Positions 49,370 through 61,701 of a DNA stretch of 64,000 bases are shown here, in pieces. A program made the position numbers and the translations under genes. The notes beneath the pieces are model-generated. The model searched no databases, was not told the origin of the DNA, and worked only from the letters and a program-made list of their open reading frames with translations. Each line of letters begins with the position of its first letter. Positions within the stretch are counted from its first letter, which is position 1. The stretch comes from Gekko japonicus. Lineage: Eukaryota. The stretch lies in the NCBI RefSeq assembly GCF_001447785.1, contig NW_015176019.1:1-64000 (forward strand), in the 5' to 3' direction.

Positions 49370-49399
<30 letters not shown>
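48794..49399 (+). mobile_element. Composite SINE-like retroposon: Sauria-like head, unassigned structured middle, L2-like tail with (ATT)n
   Basis: CCCAGCGGTTCGAAAGC..GCAAGTAGATAAAATGGGTACCAC matches the Sauria segment at 26694-26740. Tail TGTAAATCGCTCAGAGCC...GAGCGATTAATAAA then (ATT)10. Confidence 0.7.
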
Positions 49400-49401
<2 letters not shown>

Positions 49402-49470
49402 CCAGTCACAAGCTGATTTTTTTGATAATAGATTCAGCTGTTTGTCAGCCTGTTTGTGGCTGTTCACACT

Positions 49471-49752
49471 GGCTGATTTCCACTAGAGCTGCCTCGATGT
49501 TGCGCCACCGTTTGCCACGATACTATTGGTCAATTTCACACCCGAAGCCGCGGGGCTGTATTTGACCCGTGGCTTCGCCCGATTTCCTCCGCAGTTTCGT
49601 GATCCTCAAAAAACAGGATCACAAAACTGCGGGGGGAATCGGGCGAAGCCACGAGTCAAAATGCAGCCCCGCAGCTTCGGGTGTAAATTTGACCAATAGT
49701 ATCAGGGCAAACAGCAGCGCAACATCGAGGCAGCTCTAGTGCGAAATCAGCC
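49471..49752. mobile_element. Fully palindromic MITE (Harbinger-like termini)
   Basis: ~137-bp arms from GGCTGATTTC.CACTAGAGCTGCCTCGATGTTGCGC to GCGCAACATCGAGGCAGCTCTAGTGCGAAATCAGCC around a short A-rich loop. Flanks ACT/TCT. Confidence 0.9.
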
Positions 49753-50212
49753 TCTGTCACTGTATTTTTTTACTAATAGTGCAATATACTGAATCAGCTT
49801 CTCTTGCAGCCATTGCTGCCATTTTCCTTGCCATGCCACTGGTGCATTTTGATGACTTTTTAAAAAAATCAGCAGTTGCTTTTGCAACAGTTCTAATGAT
49901 CTGTTGCTAAAATCTCAGAATTTCCAGCTTTTATTTTTTAAGAAAGTCTGTAATCCTCAAGGAAACTGGCTAGAGACTTGTTTTTAAATGAGGCTAGGAA
50001 TTCAGAGGTTGTAGTCATACAGCACATTAGAATGATAGTGCACATTTTCACAACAGTTATAATGATTATTTTTTAAGTCCACTGGTGGCGCTGCCAAAGG
50101 GAGATGCAGGGGAAATGGTGTTCAGCTGCTTTGGATGTAGCCATAGACAATTAAATCAGTCATAAATAAATGCTGTAGGTTTTTTTTAATATACCATTAG
50201 ATGTTAATCTAA

Positions 50213-52169
50213 GGCCCCGGTCACACGGGGGAAATTGACGCAGCCAGAGTGTGGCTTTTTATTTTTTAAAAAATATATTTTTATTGAGTTTTGCCATTAT
50301 ACATCCGAATTTTACATATATACATAGTAGGTAACAACAATTACACCCACAATTTCTAGACATCATTTTCTTTCCCAGCAACACAGAAAAATCTTACAAG
50401 TAAAGAGAAAAACGAGAAAAATTATTCTCTTATGTTTATTTAAACTCCTATCCTATCTGGATTAGAGAATATTTCAATTATCTTTAACCTTTTTTTCCCC
50501 CAACTCTTATTAGTATTGTATGGCCTTATTCTAGCTTCTCAAGCCATTTACCTTCTTTATTCAGCTCCCAGCCTCCCTCTTACATCCTGTTGACTTAGTT
50601 TTTTTATTTTTTATTTTATTGTATATAAATAAATGCATAGAAACACCATAGCAAGAAGCACCTAATTTTCCCTTTTCCTACTTCCCATATATCCTTCTTT
50701 ACACAATACACATCTATTTCTTAATATACAAACAGACCTTCAAACAATCTCTTCACAGTCTTTCCTTTTACATCACCCTCCTTTATTTTTTTAGTTTTCT
50801 TTTAAACATTCCTACAGTGGCTTGTCCATCTTTTAGTATATGACTGTAAGTTCTTTGGACTAGTAACTCTCTCTTACAGGTCCAGCTCGAGGCCTTACAT
50901 TCCTTCAGTTCTCTTTAAATTATTACTGCATTCATTATCATATTAATACCCCAATTAATTGGTTTACAACCTACTTATTCAAAATACATCCAATTTCAAT
51001 AACTATTACTTATCATATATACCATTTAATTTACCCCTTGCAAATTTATAATTTAATCGTCACACTCATTCTTCCAAATATACAAATTTAATCTTTCCAT
51101 CTTCCATTTCTACTTCCTCCTAATTAATTATCTATCACCTCACATTCCAAATATTTTACTAGTTAGTCCCAATTCTCATTTATGTCTCAATTAATTAATT
51201 TCCCCCTACCAATCAACCCTTTCATTCATACTTCTACCAAGTTCATTATTTGCCCCAAACATTCACATCTCATTATATAAATTTCTACTCCCCTTTAATA
51301 AATTGACCTTTTGGTGTTCACTCTCTTTCTTATGCTCATATTATCCAGCATATGCATAACTTTAACCCTATAACGTCATTACAAATGAAAATATAGATTT
51401 ACAGTATTTTTCAAGAACTTTTTTCCAAACACACCCACATTCCCCGTCTTAAACACTCATTCTTCCAATCAAACCCTATAAATTACTGGGAAAACAAATA
51501 ATAATACTAGTAAGTAACTCTATCTAACTACCACCACTACCAAAGAAAATTCATTTTTAAAATAATTTTTGGGGGGTCTTTTTCCAAGTAATCCTACATC
51601 TAGCAAACACCAAACTTTATGCTTTTGTACAATTTATTTTTCTCTTTCCTCCTCCGTCTTCTGTTCTTCTGTCTCAAACCTTCTACTTGTCTACAATCTT
51701 TACACAACCTTTGGATTCCTAAACTTTCCTTTCTATATCTCCATCTTTCCTCTTTCCAGACTTTATGACCTTTTTAGAGCCGCACCGAAAGAGACACGCA
51801 GCGGCGGGATCAGACAGATCCCCTGATCTGCCGCGCAGTTGCTCCCCGGCATGCTCAGATGCCAGGGGGGAAGCCACGGAAGGGAGAGCAAGGCAGCCGG
51901 CTGCGCATGTGTACACATGTGCAATTCGGCCACGAGCCTCGAATGCTCCTGAAGACGGGCGCGCTGGCGATCCCACAGCCGCGCTTGCTGTGGCGTTTCA
52001 GTTTGGTACTACTATTTCCTGGGGGGGGGTTATGCACGTTTTCAGCCTGAAGGGACGGATCGGGGATGGGTGTGCGCCGCTTCCCAGATGTTGTAGTGTG
52101 ATCGTGCCCGTTTGCTGCGCCCCCGATCCATCCCTCTTGCGGGCCAAAACCTCCCGTGTGACCAGGGCC
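50213..52169. mobile_element. PIF/Harbinger-type MITE interrupted by a ~1.5-kb insert
   Basis: TIRs GGCCCCGGTCACACG / CGTGTGACCAGGGCC; TSD TAA. Homologous to the uninterrupted copy at 59699. Confidence 0.9.
50258..51770 (-). mobile_element. AT-rich retroposed insert, probably an L1-type 3' region
   Basis: Purine-rich minus strand, AATAAA plus A-tail at ~50258-50290, inserted at a T run of the host MITE. No recognisable ORF. Confidence 0.55.
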
Positions 52170-55100
52170 TAAGTAGCCCTTAAGTGATTGGTAGCTGCAG
52201 TAAATAGGGCTGCAGGGAACTATATGAAACCTTCCGATACAGAGGTGGTAAACTCCCTTTATCAGATACTTAGACAGAGTATACTTGCTTCCATGCTGAT
52301 GCACTGAACAGTTTCAAGTAAACAGGGATGTAAAACCCATCATGAAAACTGCAGTAACATGTAGTGAAAGAGCTCACTAAATGTTGCATGCAAAGTTCAA
52401 AATTCCTCATGAAGAGCATGAAAACAGAGTTTTGTTGTATAACATTGTTCTCATTAAATGTCTACATAGAAAGAGTATCTAATTGTAAGCCTCTGGTCTG
52501 AAGTTTGTTTTCCTTCAGTTTTCTTCCACAATACACCCACAGAGGCTGGACTTGGCATGTCTTTTCTTTCTTTCTTTTTTATTTTTGGGAGTGGCAGAGT
52601 AAAATGACACATGGTAACCTGAGCTGCAAAAAAATTCAAGTGGTAATATTACTAGGAGACATGTAGCTTCTTTCTTCCTTTTTTCTTCCTTATTACATGT
52701 TTTGCAAGCATTCATTCAAGTGAGACATACTTAACATTTGAATCACAAAATAAAATGCCACTACCCAGATCGTTCTAAACGCATTTGCCACTGAGCTCCT
52801 TTGTGTTAGGAAGGGCTCAGCAGACTCAGTTCATAATTCTCTTCTGGCAGAAAAAAAATGTACCCTTTCTAACAAGGAAAAGATAAATTGCATTCTCTCT
52901 TCATTATGGATCATTTCGCAAGCAAGGCTCTGTTTGGGAGGGAAGTGGTGAGTAAAACGGATGTTAAATAAAGCAATGTCCCCCCCCCCCCCCCCAGTTT
53001 AACTTACAAGTTTTAGAAATCTCAAATGAGAGTAGTTATGGTGTTTAGGCTTCAGGGAATTTCCAAGCATTAAAAGCCATATCTGTATTCCAGTGTTTGA
53101 AATTCTATTGGGCATAAAATGCTGTTACTGGTTTGAACAGTTGCTAATGTTTTAGTTGGTTTTAAGACCCTAACAGGTTTTAAAGAATGGAATATAAGCA
53201 ATGAAGAGAGTGATTTCTCATGTGTTCTTGGAGTGACTGAAGTCCAAAAACAAAATGTGTGTGTGTTGAAACTGCATTTTAGTTTAGCAGCCTGAATGAG
53301 ATTGTTGGTTATAAAGGAAAGCAATGACATTCTTTTTCTTAAATTTTCTCTTCTCTTTGAAATAAAAACTTGCTTCTTTGGCAATTGGAGTCTTACATTA
53401 AAACTAATAAAATGAAAATTCTGACCCAAGCCAAATGTAAGAAGAAGAGTTTGTTACTGCCTGATTTTTCTATCTTAGAAAGTGGAAGGGGGAGGGTGGG
53501 GGTAAATTCATAAAATGCAATAGGCAGTATGTTATTCCAATAATCTGTGATTAGGAGTCTCTTTCCTACTGAAGCTGAATTAAATATTTTGCCAAGTAAC
53601 AAGCAGGCTATTGAAACAACCCTAAGCAGCTCAACTCTGAAGTAAGCGTGATGTGATATTATTCAATGGGGCTTGCTCCCAGGAAGGTGTTCTCAAGCTT
53701 TCGACCTATGAAGTTACCTGCTGTGATACCGAAGTTTTAAAAATATGACTGATTAGCAGATGCAGAGACTTACATGATAGAGACCTAAATAAATTTAAGG
53801 AGAAGGCCGAAACAAACTGCTACTATTGTTTAGGGGAAATTAATTTATTTCTAATAATTTAGAAGCAAAAACATTTTGAAACAATTTGTAGTTGTGTATT
53901 TACCAGACATTTCACTCAATTAAAGAAATATTTGCTGATAAATCATTTAAATTTGCATGTGGATAAACCTAAGTTTTCTGTAGAAAAAATAATTTCTAAT
54001 TTGTTGGTTTTATGGAAAAGAAAATTTGTCCTGTTCCTATAACAGGGGCTTAATGAGTGGAAATAGGTGGCTGAGGCCTTTCATGGCATGGGGGTTAGTA
54101 ACATCATCTGGTAAATAACATCCCGTTAAGCCTCTATTAAAGGGACAGAACATTTTTTTCTCCGGGCAGTTGGCAGCTGAACAATGCAAGGGGAGAAAAT
54201 TGGTAAAGGTGAAGGTATAGGAATATGAAAGGCTATTGGAACAAAGTGGAACTGCTGGTGGAATTTAAAGATAAAGGCTATTTATATAGATTTAGTCTAG
54301 AATTCTACGCCACCTTCATCTAGCACTAGTTTATATACAGCTTTCAAGTCACCAATCCCAGCTTTCTAACAGACAGGGAATTACAGCTGTATGAAGTTTT
54401 CCTTCTCCTTTTCTCGAGACAGTTGGCAATCCTACTTGTATCTCCCGTTCTTTCTTCCTTGCTTGCCTTTTTTTAGAGGTTGGATTTTCTGAGTCCAATG
54501 GAAGCTGATCCGTGCTTCACCATGTCGTATGACTGCACATAGTGACAAATGTTCCATTCCATTTTAAGGCGCAATTTAAAACTCCAAGCAATGTTCTTCT
54601 CCTTTTTTCTGCCTCACAAAAAATGCCATAAGACAACATTTTATACATTAAGGTTATGATACTGTATGTACTTTCTTCAGAGTAAAGCCGCTGACCTCAA
54701 CAATCATTATCTCTGATTAACACTGCATATGCTATGCTGCATACACGTGCCATAAATTGAAAGCTCAGTGGGCGTTAGCTCTGCATTTAGGAATTTAGGA
54801 GATATTTATCATGTGAAAGCAGGTGCCAGACACTGCATGTCAAATGGAATGAGGTAGCAGCTATCTATCTCTCTGACCAAAGAATCCACCATCCTGATTA
54901 ATTTGTGCCCTTCGTTTCTGTTTTCTGTCCCACTGAACCAGTGAGATCCTGTCTTTAACCTTGTACCCTATTTAAGGAAGGACCTTTGCTCCTCTTCCTA
55001 TATAAAACTCTGTGCCAGCTTGGATCCTGACAATAGTCTTTCTTGGTATTGCTGTCCATTTGCCAAATTCACATTGCCATGGCAAGGTATTCTATAGTTT

Positions 55101-55440
55101 CCAACTTCCAGGTGGCACCTCAAGATCTCCAGATGTAATAATTGATCTCCAGACAACCCTGGAGAAAATGGCTGCTTTGAAGGGTGGACTCTATGGCATT
55201 ATACCCTGCAGAGGTCCCTCATCCCCCAAACCCCGCCCTCCCTAGGCTCCACCCCCAAAATCTCCAGATGTTTCCCAACCCAGAGGCAACCCTAAGTATT
55301 ATGCCTTTAACGGCATGGTGGTATGATTAGACTAGGATCTGGGAGACTCATAATTAGGGCTGCCAACTGCCTGATGAAACGAAGTGTAGAAATGGGCAGC
55401 TAAAGCCTTTCATGGACTGAGGTAAATAACATCCTCTGAA

Positions 55441-55640
55441 TGATGATGATGATGTGCCGTCAAGTCGCAACCAACTTATGGTGACCCCCCACAGGGTTTT
55501 CAAGGCAAGAGATGGGTGGAGATGATTTGCCATTTTGTTCTTCTGCATAGCAACCCATCTTCCTTGGTGGTCCACCATCCAAATAGTTACCCTGCCCAAT
55601 GCTGCTTAGCTTCCAAGCTCACTAGTCTGAGCTATTCAGA
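55441..55640 (-). mobile_element. 5S rRNA-derived SINE with RTE-type 3' part, nested in a MITE
   Basis: Minus strand TTGGAAGCTAAGCAG...TTGGATGG, then GGCAAATCATCTCC..CTTGCCTTGAAAACCC..GGGGTCACCATAAGTTGGTTGCGACTTGACGGCAC and (ATC)n. Confidence 0.75.
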
Positions 55641-56062
55641 ATCCTCAACAGTTAAATCACATCTCACTAAGTGTCTAGTAAAGGGACAGGGCATTTTTTT
55701 AGGCAGTTTGCAACCCTAATACTTTAAAAAATGTGTTTTCAGTATTGTGGCGCTGAATCCTGTGAATCCTTTCCAATGTCTTTGCTTAATAGAATACAAC
55801 CTTTTTCCAGTGGATTTTTTTTTCTAATGGAGGATTTTCCCTTGATGATAGGATCCAACTAAGTAGCATGCAACCCTTGGTGATTTATTGATATATTTTG
55901 CAGAGTAGACTTCTGTCGCCTTCCTTGAGAACAGGATAGGAAAGGACTTACTTTGTAACGAGTTAAAAATTAATTACTTTGCAAGCAAGCAAGCAAATAC
56001 AAAAGGGAGAGGGCAGACTGCAGTTGAAGAAGGGAGAAGGTTTTGCGGTGCAACCGAGCAGT

Positions 56063-56252
56063 GAGGGAGGGTAGGCGGCATGTCATAGCCCAACCTTGTC
56101 AGATCTTGGAAGCTAGATAGGATCAGTACTTAAATGGGAAACCACCAAGGAAGGCTCTGCAGAGGAAAATAATGTCAAACTACCTCTGTTGTCTCTTGCT
56201 CTGAAAGCCCTTTGGTGAGACACCATAAGCCAGTTGCAACTTGATGGCACAT
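56063..56252 (+). mobile_element. 5S rRNA-derived SINE, same family as 55441
   Basis: GCCCAACCTTGTCAGATCTTGGAAGCTA..AGTACTTAAATGGGAAACCACC resembles the 5S internal control region. Tail CCATAAGCCAGTTGCAACTTGATGGCAC. Confidence 0.75.
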
Positions 56253-59200
56253 ACATATGTAACCAAGTAGGGCAGGACACAAATTTCCCACAAGGGTTTA
56301 TGAATGCAACAGATCGCCTTAAGGCATTGACAGGAAGGGTGTGCCAGAATTACATACTTTATTTAACAGTGGCTAAGTCATATCTGAAATTTTATTCTTG
56401 ATAAAGTTTTGTGTTTTGAGAGCTTCTTTTTAAAATTAACATAAAGACAGTGAATTTTTCCCCCCATGCAGCTTGAGATAAACAGCCCACTGGCACTCTA
56501 GGAGTCACGCTTGAAGTTGTCTGCAACTTCATATTTTCCTAATTACAATTGATGTGATTTAGTCATAAATACAGAGCACTAGGGATGATTAACTGGATTC
56601 TCCTGTTCCAAAAAGATGCGGCAGAACTTGTCAACACACCTAACACTAGCATTCCATCACCAGCTAATGCCACTGTGATCTGATGCAGGATATCATATAT
56701 GGCTCCTTGGTGATAAGAGACACCCAGTATTCCCAGATCAAAGGAAAGAGAAAAATTGTTTAGTAAAACATATTTCGAGAGTTGTTGTGGTATTTAGCTA
56801 GAACCCAGAGCTATGTTCATTTGCTTTATTTATTTGTTAATCTGAGCAACTGTCCTCCTGTTTTGGTGCATTAAAGCTGCCAGCTGCCTGGAGAAAATAA
56901 TGTCCTATTCCTTAAATAGAGATTTAATGTATGGAAAGGGTATCTGAAGCTTTTTCTGGCATGGAAGCAAGTCACCTAGTTGATGACATCCCATTAAGTC
57001 TGTATTAAAGGGACAGGACTTTTTTTCCCCCTAAAGGATCAGTTCTCAACCCTATGGGGCACAGGAGCAGAAACCCATTACATCTTGAAAACATATCTCA
57101 GAAGGTTGCTCCCCACATACAGTTTCCTGTCCCTGGGAAATGAGCAGTGGTGCTGGGGCAATTCTGTCCAAATAGCACCCTCCTTTCCCCTACAAATTAG
57201 TCTTCAACTCCCACTCAAACCAGCAATCAAGCACAGAAGGAGAAAATACATAGAAATGTGAAAACTACCAATGCTTCACCTTTTTTTGGACTACAGCTCC
57301 TATATTAGGTCTGTCTTTGTCTAGCCTTTACAGGCGGTTAGTTTTCCCCTCTTCTTCCTACAAAGGTATACAATAATTGACTCACGAGGCAATGATCTCT
57401 TAGGGCTCATTGCCTGTTCATTCCAGCTAAGTGTGTGAGAAGGACGTTGTTTGGCTGTAGTTCAAAAGAAAGAGAAGGCACCCCCCACTTGAGTTTGATC
57501 TGAGTACTAGTCCGTGTTTCAACCTGGCAGAATTTTGTTCCCTTCCCTATATCAGTTGCCTCATCTAAGACAGAAGGATATCAATCGGTTTGTTTTTGTT
57601 TGTCTGTTTGAAAATGGTATTTTGAATGAGGGACTAGGTTCCATGTCTTCTTACTCCTTGCAGATTAGGTTGTGAACTGTGGAGGAGGAAGGGCATCCCT
57701 TTGATAGAGGTTTAAGGAGATGTCAGCCATTCCATGAAATGCTCCAGTTGTGTATTTCCATACATTAAGTCTGTTAAAGGGATGAGACAGGCAGGTGGCA
57801 GCTGCACAGATAACATGCCTGGTTCTGACTTCTCAAAGGTGGTCAGCAACACATTATGACTTCACAGTTTGCTTTGGATTTTCTTTTTTGATGGATCAGT
57901 GAATTTTTTAAATGTGAAGGAACATTAGCCAAACATAACACACTCTTATCTCTTCTGCAAATCTGGAAGATATTACCTATAATCCCAAAGAAATCAGGAT
58001 TGATTGCAGTTCCTCAGAGGTGGTTATTACTTAGCATTTCCAGGACAGAGATGTGGTAATGCAAGTAGGTTATTGTAGTACTATACCCTAGCTCAAAGTA
58101 AACCACCTTTGTTCATTTGGTTGAAATAACTGGGGAAAGAAACGGGTTTAAAAATAAAGTTACATGAAGCCAGCTTCCCTGGCATCAGTAGTAACTTTGA
58201 CACACTTTTTGTTTTGCCAGTTGTGCCATTAAAACTTGACATTTATTCTATGTGGTTTAACATATGATCTGTCATGATTTTCACCTGGAAGCCACAGATG
58301 TGTACAGAATAGTTGATGTCATGGCACTCTGCAAATATTTAAAGGCTTACTTTCCTTAGTAAATTCCCATTCCCTTTTGTGGGAAACAGAAGAAGAACCG
58401 CAGCCAAGGTAATTTAAAAAGTCACTAACTACTACATCTTGATGTCAGCAATGCATTCCCACAATGTTCATAATACCTTTCCCAGATACTTTCCAATCTG
58501 TTGATTAATTTTGTTCCCCCTGTATCTATGCACACAGCAGCATGTTTTAGTTTCTTCTTTAGCAACCAGATATCTGCATCGTCCTGTATCATTAAGGTCA
58601 TGTGGAAAGCCACATTAATGTGCCCAAATGGTGAGCAAGTGCTTTTTAAATTTTTTGTTTTGGTTTGAAACATTTCATTAGTATTTGTTTCTGCTTTGTT
58701 TGCCATTTTCCATTGGTTTCAACATGAACCACATTTATCTCTGTAATTTTGGATGACATTTTCCAGGATTTGTACCTCTTGCCTAAGGGATCCTTCTTGC
58801 CAAAAATTCAGACAGATAGAGAGAAAGGGTCCCCATGTCCTGAGCAATTAGAGGCAAAACACATTTCCAGCTGCGATATCTTCTTTTACAACCAACTGTG
58901 AAGACATTTGGAGGGATTCTCCCCTTTCTCCAAGGAATCTTGACGGCCAAATTTCAGAGCTGTTCCATTTTATAGGCAACTAAAATTCTTGTGTGGCAGA
59001 GGGAGGCTCTGGGGCAAACATATTGTTTGCACCCCCAGGAGGGCAGACAATAGTGGAACCCGCTGGGTACAGTTGACATTTTATAACCTCAAGAGAACAG
59101 ACTGTTACATTTGACAGCCTCTTGCCTTGGCTTCTGCAGCCGATACAAGAACAGCTTTCTGTCTCTTATTCATGTGAATGCTGTAGAGGGATCAAGTGTT

Positions 59201-59698
59201 GTGAATACTTGATGAAAACCTTTTTCATAAGAGCATGTAGTTCTGAATCCCCCTTTCTTCCCTTCCCTATGAATCTGAGTTTAGCTTGAACTCTCTTAAC
59301 TAGACAACCAGCCACCAAGGAAGCAAAAAGGAATTAATTATGTTTATATTCATTTGTTTTTGTTTAAAAATTATTATTATTTTCTCATTTGGTTTCTTAG
59401 TTTTGTGAACACCCCCTAGTTCCCATAACTGGGTAAGTGTAAGTTCATGTTCTATAGAAAATTAGAAGGGGCTCAAGTCCTGGGACGTGGCCATTCTTCA
59501 GCCTAGTTAGGGATGCAATGGCTGCAGTGAATCTCTTTGTACAAATATAGAGTGACTTCATTGTTATAGAGATGACGAAATTAATAATATTTTTTGCCAG
59601 CATGACTTTTTTTTCTGATGAGCTGCTCAGCATAACACTATCAGACTAGCTATCTAAAATACATATGGTAAATTCAGATTAGATAAATAGTGAACACC

Positions 59699-60141
59699 GG
59701 TCCCTGCCACACGGAGGGGAAAGGGACGGGCTGAAGTGCGGCTTTTGAAAGCCGCACCAAAAGAAACACGCCGTGGCGGGATCACATTGATCCCCTGAGC
59801 CGCGGCGCATTCCCTCCCCGGCACGATCAGATGCCGGGGGAAGCGACGGAGGGGAACGGGAGACTGCCGAACTGCGCATGTCTGAGCATGTGCAGTTCAG
59901 GCAGGAGCCGGGGATGCGCCGGCAGAAAGACGGGCTGGCGATCCCACGGCCGGCCTTGATGTGGCCGTCCTGGAAGAACCACCTCTGTAGGTGGTTCATT
60001 TTAGATGCGTCTTTTCGGGGGAAGGGCCGGATCAGGGATGGGTCCGCAATGCTGCCCAGATGCTGCAGTGGGATTGCGCCCGTTTGCTGCGGCCCCGATC
60101 CGTCCCTCTCCCGGCTCAGAACCATTTGTGTGACTGGGGCC
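59699..60141. mobile_element. PIF/Harbinger-type MITE, intact
   Basis: TIRs GGTCCCTGCCACACG / TGTGTGACTGGGGCC; 3-bp TSD ACC. Confidence 0.85.
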
Positions 60142-61325
60142 ACCTTTAACTTTTTAAGTCACACATTTTGTGTGGGATCTTTGCTATAAGTGGTCTAAAT
60201 TGTTTCCTTGAAAAGCACTGATACACCCACACACACACACAAAACCACACTGCTTTTGTATCACTTGTCGCAGAGTAAGGCTTTGTATTGTCTTCTGATG
60301 CCATAAAAGAAGCTACACTTGGCTAATACACTTTACAGTCTTTGTTTCCATGGGCTCATGCAGCTTTATAAAACTGCCAGGTTGCACTGGGGATGTAATC
60401 ACTGTCTGAATATACTGAAACAGAAGTGGTGTCAAAATGGTCCCACTGGTTTCTCATCTAACAGCCTTTGTAGGATCTGTTTGCTGCATTATGTAGCAGA
60501 AGATCATGCTTCCAGTGTGCCCACAGCAGTGGTACAGTGATGCAGTTCAAGAAAACACGCAATAAAATCTGAGGTAGGGGTTGTTTTTGTTTTTTGTTTG
60601 TTTTGGAGTTGTTGTTTGTTTGTTTTTTTGCTAACAGTGCACGATTGGAAGATACAGGAACAAATTCAGGGTTTCAGCCCTCTCTCCCTTTAATTAGCTT
60701 CAGTGGTACAGGCAGGAGGGGCAGAGGCAGACTTGGAAATTACAGGCACCCATTCAGTATATGCCTTGCAGAGCCTTAATTTTCCACCCAGAGTTCTTTT
60801 GGCGCTTTTTTCCAGAAATGTCAAAAGAATTCTAAGGTGGTAAATTAAGGACAGTTTTAAGGGGGGAAACTATGAGGGGAAAACAGAGCCTTGTTCTTTC
60901 TCATTTTGTCTATTTTTCACTCTGAAGATAGATACTGTTAAGTTAAATGCTTCAGATAAGAATCTCTTCAGGCTGCCGTCGGAATGTTTGCCTTAGTTGA
61001 AATAGGTTTTTCAAGGATATGTGCATATAGAGAGAAAATTAGTAAATTTTCATATTATACTTTTGTTGCATATTCATTTGTTTTAAAATGTTTGTAGCCA
61101 TAATCAGGAATGCTGTAATACCTATGGGCCTTGGAACTCTGTAATGCATTGGGCTCCTTTCCTGCACAGTGGGAAACCATTGGCATACACACACAAACAT
61201 CCATTCTGCTAGATTGTGGAGGGAGGGGAATGAAGATTTCTGGCAAACCCGTAATACCAGAGGGTGTGTGGAAGAATGAGTAGTCATGTTGATTAGAGCA
61301 GTAGGTCCAAAGCCAGTATTTCAGG

Positions 61326-61346
61326 TAGGGTTGCTAGCCAAGGGCG

Positions 61347-61411
<65 letters not shown>

Positions 61412-61701
61412 GGGAGCTTTTGGGGGTGGGGCTTGGCATCGCCCAGTGTTATGATCTCACTTCTGGTCATGTAGCATGTTGTCATGACACTCTAGCAATC
61501 CTCAGAGTCTCTATTTTTAAAAAAACCATAGGTTACATGACATTAGGTTACATTGTGGCATTGTTTCCGGGTGATGTCAGCATGTCACATACAGCTTCAA
61601 GGGTGGGGGGATTTCCTCCTGCCGCCTAGCTGGCTGGTGGCGGGCAGGAGCCTGCAAAATTAAGCAATCCCCCCACCACCACCTGGGGAATGGGAACCCT
61701 A
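61326..61701. mobile_element. hAT-like MITE containing a (CT)n(CA)n microsatellite at 61347-61408
   Basis: Termini TAGGGTTGC ... GGAACCCTA. Confidence 0.6.

Noticed and set aside
50078-50095. Second CTCF-like motif CCACTGGTGGCGC
   Set aside because: It lacks the conserved AG spacing of the core consensus.
55370-55385. CTGATGA as a hammerhead core (also near 59615)
   Set aside because: No stem II followed by GAAA; a chance match.
56063-56140. 5S rRNA gene
   Set aside because: Diverged, internally deleted and fused to an RTE-like tail, so it is a SINE head.
60570-60592. let-7-like TGAGGTAG start (also at ~54850)
   Set aside because: The rest of the mature sequence and a precursor hairpin are absent.
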